From: an uncultured Pseudomonadales bacterium
GTDB lineage: Bacteria; Patescibacteriota; Microgenomatia; UBA1400; UBA1396
DNA length: 64,000 nucleotides
Direction of reading: 5' to 3'
Assembly (NCBI GenBank): GCA_964603945.1
Contig: CAZRWP010000005.1
Location: 432-64,431, forward strand
In this document: in pieces, positions 59,362 through 64,000 of the stretch
How positions within the stretch are numbered: the stretch's first letter is position 1
Layout: every line of letters begins with the position of its first letter
Made by a program: the position numbers and the translations under genes
Notes under the pieces: generated by a model
What the model saw: the letters and a program-made list of their open reading frames with translations, nothing else
Told to the model about the DNA's origin: nothing
Database searches by the model: none

Positions 59362-60588
59362 ATGCTAAAACGAATATTTATAATCTTGGCTATGTTTATA
59401 TGGGGAGTATTTTCTCTGATTCAACCAGCTATTGCCGATAGCCCAACCACCCTACATTTATTTTGGAGCAAGGGATGTCCGCATTGTGCTAAAGAAAAAG
59501 AGTTTTTGAATAAAATTGCACCAAAATATCAGAGTTTAATTGTTAAGGATTATGAAGTTTCCGGCGATCAAGCCAATGCTCGGCTATTAAGCCAGACTGG
59601 TCAAGCCTTACAAACAGAGGTTTCAGGCGTACCGTTTACCGTAATTGGCGATAAACATATTACTGGCTATTTTAATGATGAAAGCACTGGCCAGACAATC
59701 GAGTCCTTAATTCAAGAGTCACTTACAAATCCATCACGCGACGCAGTTGGTGATATCTTGTCAGCTTCAGAAGAGGAATCAAACAATCCCGCTGCCAACA
59801 CCAAGTCTCAAAATACACCTAACTCAGCCCAGCTTACTGACATCAACTTTAGTTTGCCCGTAGTTGGTACTATCAGCGCTGAAACTTTTTCTTTACCATT
59901 CCTGACTATTATTATTGCTTTTTTGGACGGATTCAATCCTTGCGCCATGTGGATTTTGATATTTCTAATCAGCTTACTGCTTAATATGCAGGATCGGCGC
60001 CGCATGTGGTTATTGGGCGGCACGTTTATTATGGCGTCATCGGTAGTTTATTTTCTGTTTCTAACTGCTTGGCTAAATTTCTTTTTACTGGCTGGCTTTA
60101 TCTCTTGGATTAGACTCCTGATAGGCTTGTTTGCGATTGGAGTTGGAATCTATCAATTGAGAGCTGTTTGGCAAAATCCTGATGGCGGTTGCAAGGTGGT
60201 AGATGGCAGTAAACGAAAAGTTTGGCTCGAACGAATGAAGTCAGTGGTTAGTGAACAACGACTCTGGCTGGCAATGGGTGGCATGATCGCCTTAGCGGCC
60301 GCGGTCAACATGGTAGAGCTGGTTTGTTCAGCTGGTCTACCGGCCATTTATACGCAAGTTCTGTCACTATCTGAACTGCCAACTTGGCAATATTACGCCT
60401 ATTTACTCCTATATATCTTAATTTTTATGTTGGATGATCTACTGATATTTTTCTTAGCCATGACAACCTTGCGTACGGTAGGAATTGAAGGCAAATACGC
60501 CAAGTATTCTCATCTGATTGGCGGGATTATCATCTTGATCTTGGGTATTCTGTTAGTTTTCAAGCCAGAATGGCTGATGTTTGGTTGA
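59362..60588 (+). CDS. Thioredoxin-fold/CcdA(DsbD-like) fusion, thiol:disulfide interchange membrane protein
   Basis: Signal peptide plus CxxC thioredoxin motif (WSKGCPHCAKEKEFL), then a DsbD/CcdA-type TM core with conserved Cys (GFNPCAMWIL, LVCSAGLPAIY). Confidence 0.7.
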   Translation: MLKRIFIILAMFIWGVFSLIQPAIADSPTTLHLFWSKGCPHCAKEKEFLNKIAPKYQSLIVKDYEVSGDQANARLLSQTGQALQTEVSGVPFTVIGDKHITGYFNDESTGQTIESLIQESLTNPSRDAVGDILSASEEESNNPAANTKSQNTPNSAQLTDINFSLPVVGTISAETFSLPFLTIIIAFLDGFNPCAMWILIFLISLLLNMQDRRRMWLLGGTFIMASSVVYFLFLTAWLNFFLLAGFISWIRLLIGLFAIGVGIYQLRAVWQNPDGGCKVVDGSKRKVWLERMKSVVSEQRLWLAMGGMIALAAAVNMVELVCSAGLPAIYTQVLSLSELPTWQYYAYLLLYILIFMLDDLLIFFLAMTTLRTVGIEGKYAKYSHLIGGIIILILGILLVFKPEWLMFG

Positions 60589-60629
60589 GCCTACAAATCT
60601 ATATAAAATCTTGCAATATGTTTGTGATT

Positions 60630-61358
60630 TCACTCAGTGGTCAAGCGCCAGAGGGTTTGAGCGAGCGTATTCATAAACAAATGCCTACTTTTCACAGTTT
60701 CCGGATCAAGTTCTTCAAACCTAAGTCTAACATTGCGTCTAACCGGTCGTTGTAGCCTCTTAAATGATCTAATCATTTCAGCCAGTGCATCCGTCCCACC
60801 TTTATGCGGATTGTAGCCATTCTCGTAGACAATTCCCAGAGCAAATACTGGCGCATCTAATTGTCGAGCAATGAATTCGGTGCCTCGCTTTAAGCCAACT
60901 GTGATTTCATCCAAACTACTTGCTAAACCAGCCCTGGTTCCTTGCGGATAAACAACAACGTGACTCTGTTTTTCCTCCATTACCCGTTTTGCTTGATTAA
61001 TCTCCGCTAACAAACTATCGCGAGTTACATTATCTCTCGTTATCGGCAAAATATTTAAACAAAGCGAAAGAACTAATCCCTTCCACCAAACGTCATAGAA
61101 AGTATCGCTAGCGGCTAAATAGTAAATTCTCTCACTACCTGGCATTAGAAACGAATTTAAGTGTTCACCGTGCGGATAGGGCAGAATCAATGACGGAGTA
61201 GAAGGAAAAGAACCTTCTGTCTCAACTTTATAATTGGCCAACTCAAGTAATAGCAAACGCATCAAGGGTTGTGACCATACGGAAATATATTCCGGGAATT
61301 TTGGCTCTTTATAAAATGAGCTATTAGTTAATTTTTCTAAAATACTTCTTTTACCCAT
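60630..61358 (-). CDS. PlsC-family acyltransferase-like protein with degenerate HX4D motif
   Basis: Block III VVVYPQGTRAG matches FPEGTR. No canonical HX4D is present near the N-terminus (PYPHGEHLNS). Confidence 0.45.
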   Translation of the reverse strand: MGKRSILEKLTNSSFYKEPKFPEYISVWSQPLMRLLLLELANYKVETEGSFPSTPSLILPYPHGEHLNSFLMPGSERIYYLAASDTFYDVWWKGLVLSLCLNILPITRDNVTRDSLLAEINQAKRVMEEKQSHVVVYPQGTRAGLASSLDEITVGLKRGTEFIARQLDAPVFALGIVYENGYNPHKGGTDALAEMIRSFKRLQRPVRRNVRLRFEELDPETVKSRHLFMNTLAQTLWRLTTE

Positions 61359-61425
61359 ATGAATATTTATTGGTGTAAACTGAGACTACTATATTACAAC
61401 TAATTATTTTGAGAGGAATTAGTCT

Positions 61426-61824
61426 ATGCACGGCTTTATAACAGACATCGAACAGGAAACAGTTGCCAACACGGCTTTTCGCAAGGTTTTATACACTGGT
61501 CGGCATAGTCAGCTGGTTTTAATGTCACTTAAGCCAGGCGAAGACATTGACTTGGAAATACACAACGACAACGACCAGTTTTTCCGCTTTGAGCAAGGTG
61601 AGGGAATTTGTTTCATAGATAGTCATGAGCATAAGGTTAAAGACGGCTCGGCGGTGGTGATTCCTGCCGGAGCAGAGCACAACATCCTCAACACCTCTAA
61701 AACAGAAGACCTTAAGATATATACCATCTACAGCCCGCCCCATCACCAAGATGGAATCATTCGCCAGACCAAATCTGAGGCAGTAGAGAATGAGGCAGAT
61801 TTTGATGGTGTCACCACAGAATAA
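61426..61824 (+). CDS. Cupin domain protein
   Basis: Two-motif cupin pattern (LEIHNDNDQFF...GE ; VVIPAGAEHNILN). Confidence 0.65.
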   Translation: MHGFITDIEQETVANTAFRKVLYTGRHSQLVLMSLKPGEDIDLEIHNDNDQFFRFEQGEGICFIDSHEHKVKDGSAVVIPAGAEHNILNTSKTEDLKIYTIYSPPHHQDGIIRQTKSEAVENEADFDGVTTE

Positions 61825-61991
61825 TCCTTATCTTTGACAATAATATTTATATATCCTACTAATTTGCCCATATAGCATCTTTTTGCTATACTATATAGGT
61901 TGGTATAGCGATAGATTTGTTTCTCTTAGCCTTAATTCTAGACTCTAACTGACATTTTTTTAATTTACAGGCCAAGAGGACGAAAGATTTT

Positions 61992-63086
61992 ATGCATGAA
62001 GTTAGAAACACTAGTACAAAATTGTTAGTTAAAGCGGCTAAGGATCTTGGATTGCACGTAAAAGTGCTCTCAAGCAATCGAAGTTTTATTAAAGTCTCTT
62101 CAAGTCGGCAATCAATGTATATTCAGGCAACTTCCGTTCCTCTTAACAACCAAGTGGCGGCCAGAATTGCCAGTAATAAATTTTTCACTAAAAAAGTATT
62201 AGCAGAACATGACGTTCCTATTTTAAAAAGTTGGCTCGTTCGTAAAAAAAGCGAGGCACTAAAAATTGTTGAAAAACATCAGCCATTTCCGTTGGTCTTG
62301 AAGCCAACCCAAGGATCCCATGGAGATGATGTTTACGTTAATATCGAGAACATTGAAGAATTAAAGCCATTATTGGACAGAGTATTAAAAGGCTCGCCCG
62401 AAGATGGTTATCTAATTGAAAAATATTTTGCTGGTCGGGACTTGCGAGTTTCCGTGGTAGGCGACCAAGCTGTGGCCGTTTTAGAAAGAATCCCAGCTCA
62501 TGTGATTGGGGATGGCAAACATACCATTCGCCAGTTGGTTAAGAAATTTAATCAGCACCCCTTGGTTGGCGAAGGCTATGAAAAACCAATTTGCAAAATT
62601 CACCTAGATGCTGAGGCTAAAAGGATTTTAAACAAGCAACAGTTGACACCTTCCTCTGTGCCAGACAAAAACGTTAAAGTGTTTCTTCGGCACAATGCCA
62701 ACATCAGTACCGGCGGAATTGGACAAGATGTTACTGATGAAATCCCCACTAAAATTAAAAATATAGCCGTTTCAGCTAGTCAGGCAGTTGGTTTGGAAGT
62801 ATGTGGTGTTGATTTACTCTATGATGACATTACCGACTCAGCCGTTGTTCTAGAACTTAACGATGTGGCTGGTATTGATGTTCATCACTATCCAGTGATC
62901 GGGCAAGCCAGAGACGTGGCTGGCGCCATCATGAAACATTTATTTGCTGAATCGTTAGAGCAGTCTTCGGAAAACTCCCATAGTCTAAGACGTGACTTTA
63001 TGTCGATTTTCCATCACAATAACGATCAGTCAGATTATGTTTCTAAAGTTCGTCGACCCAGCCCTGCTAAACAAATTCGCAGTTGA
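61992..63086 (+). CDS. Stand-alone ATP-grasp ligase homologous to the ATP-grasp domain of cyanophycin synthetase CphA
   Basis: Strong block similarity to the CphA ATP-grasp core: LKPTQGSHGDDVYV, RVSVVGDQAVAVLERIPAHVIGDGKHTIRQL, LRHNANISTGG, GLEVCGVDLL. Lacks the CphA N-domain and the Mur-ligase domains. Confidence 0.7.
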   Translation: MHEVRNTSTKLLVKAAKDLGLHVKVLSSNRSFIKVSSSRQSMYIQATSVPLNNQVAARIASNKFFTKKVLAEHDVPILKSWLVRKKSEALKIVEKHQPFPLVLKPTQGSHGDDVYVNIENIEELKPLLDRVLKGSPEDGYLIEKYFAGRDLRVSVVGDQAVAVLERIPAHVIGDGKHTIRQLVKKFNQHPLVGEGYEKPICKIHLDAEAKRILNKQQLTPSSVPDKNVKVFLRHNANISTGGIGQDVTDEIPTKIKNIAVSASQAVGLEVCGVDLLYDDITDSAVVLELNDVAGIDVHHYPVIGQARDVAGAIMKHLFAESLEQSSENSHSLRRDFMSIFHHNNDQSDYVSKVRRPSPAKQIRS

Positions 63087-63786
63087 AAGCCTGACGTCTG
63101 GACTTTCGGTGGCGGCTGTATCCGCTTTAAGTAACCGCAAATTAAAAGTAAAATCCAACGGATCTATATCCTCATCTGGACCGCAATTAGTTATTTGCAA
63201 TCATCCAAGTGCAATCGATGGCTTGATTTTGATGTCAGTTATTAACCGACCTGATTTTTATATAGTAGCGGCCAAAACGAATCAAGTTTTTGGCTCATCT
63301 TTTACCAAACAAATGCTGCCGGTATATTTGTCAAATTTGCCCAAACATCAGTTTATTGATTATCTTAGAGTGCCGGTTGTAACCCAAATGGAAGGCAACA
63401 TTTCCCGTAAAGAAGCAATGAGCCGCAATCGGGCAAGCATTTCTCAAGCCGCTGAGAAAGTAAACGATGGACACAGCGTAATTATCTTTCCTGGCGGAGC
63501 CAATCCCTCGCAAGATATGAGCTGGAAAGTAGGTATCGGCTTTTTGATCAAAGCTGTAACTAAACCTGATCTAGAAATTGTTTTGGCTAATATTACTGGC
63601 ACTGATTGGCTTGATTCAATACGTCCAACTATTTTGGGACGACCCTCACCACTTATTCCTAATAAAGAAATTGTTGTTAATTTCAAGAAATTATCACTAA
63701 ATAATCTGGATTCTAATTTAAGTGGAAAATCATTGGCTAGGCAAGTAGAAAGTATATATCGTTTGAGTTGGCAAGACCAGGTTTAA
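63037..63786 (+). CDS. PlsC-family (lysophospholipid) acyltransferase
   Basis: Motif I HX4D in LVICNHPSAIDGLILM. Block III degenerate as IIFPGGANPS. Overlaps the 3' end of the ATP-grasp gene by about 50 nt in another frame. Confidence 0.6.
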   Translation: MFLKFVDPALLNKFAVESLTSGLSVAAVSALSNRKLKVKSNGSISSSGPQLVICNHPSAIDGLILMSVINRPDFYIVAAKTNQVFGSSFTKQMLPVYLSNLPKHQFIDYLRVPVVTQMEGNISRKEAMSRNRASISQAAEKVNDGHSVIIFPGGANPSQDMSWKVGIGFLIKAVTKPDLEIVLANITGTDWLDSIRPTILGRPSPLIPNKEIVVNFKKLSLNNLDSNLSGKSLARQVESIYRLSWQDQV

Positions 63787-63840
63787 TTGCCATTGCAATA
63801 GTGTTAAGTTGGAACAAATAGTTTAGGAAGACTAATACTA

Positions 63841-64000
63841 TGGCGATTACTATTCGAGAAGCAAGACGTACTTATAAAGATAGACTACCAACCAGAGATC
63901 AAAATGTTTGGCATAATTACAATCAACAAGTAGAGTCAACTATTGAATTTGAACAAAGATTGGCTGAATTTGAGGCTGAATTTTTTGATATTTTATCCAG
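63841..64000 (+). CDS. N-terminal fragment of a hypothetical protein (runs off window)
   Basis: RBS AGGAAG then MAITIREARRTYKDRLPTRDQNVWHNY... open to the window end. Confidence 0.35.

Overview
This is a 64-kb window from a low-GC, gene-dense bacterium. The conserved core is compact, and many genes are preceded by a Shine-Dalgarno sequence. The organism cannot be named from sequence alone. By inference, the abundance of orphan proteins and the short archaeal-type AspRS are compatible with a small-genome Patescibacteria/CPR-like lineage.

The syntenic core reads as follows:
- tRNA-dihydrouridine synthase (Dus).
- A surface-glycan locus: GT2, Wzx-like flippase, GT2 and a Wzy_C/O-antigen-ligase-like protein.
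- A convergent ABC-2 exporter operon led by a 524-aa orphan protein.
- A GT4 glycosyltransferase, RarA, an FKBP lipoprotein, eno, gpmA, gltX, a DacA-like carboxypeptidase, recJ, cca, secA, a RecD/Pif1-like helicase and aspS.
- A complete F1Fo ATP synthase operon (atpBEF-H-AGDC) whose delta subunit is reduced to 70 aa.
- HIT, then murG-ftsQ-ftsA-ftsZ, ileS, a SEDS protein, rplU, a THUMP-like SAM methyltransferase, rpmA, an RsuA/RluB pseudouridine synthase and parB.
- Four tRNAs: Val-CAC, Lys-UUU, Glu-UUC and His-GUG.

The accessory content starts immediately 3' of tRNA-His. First comes a visibly GC-richer island with a different codon style. It carries an ACT-like protein, a GNAT acetyltransferase, an HDAC/AcuC-family deacetylase and a class II LysRS. 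This looks like an AcuABC-like reversible lysine-acetylation module linked to lysS.

After the island comes a very AT-rich, decaying segment. It holds a frameshifted HigB-like toxin with an intact HigA-like antitoxin and a promoter/operator palindrome, a Nudix hydrolase, and an S51 (peptidase E/cyanophycinase-family) gene interrupted by an in-frame TAG.

A cluster at the end of the window pairs a stand-alone CphA-type ATP-grasp ligase with two PlsC-family acyltransferases, a cupin and a thioredoxin-CcdA fusion.

Non-coding features worth noting:
- A roughly 225-bp array of degenerate 31-bp tandem repeats, each carrying two AAAACTAACA-like decamers, lies downstream of an unusual two-ORF secreted-protein operon. 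A solitary copy of the decamer sits in that operon's promoter.
- A 17-nt duplication of the tRNA-Glu 3' end lies about 155 bp from the gene, a possible relic att site.
- A perfect 18-bp palindrome abuts the tRNA-His 5' end.

No rRNA, CRISPR array, integrase or transposase was recognised.
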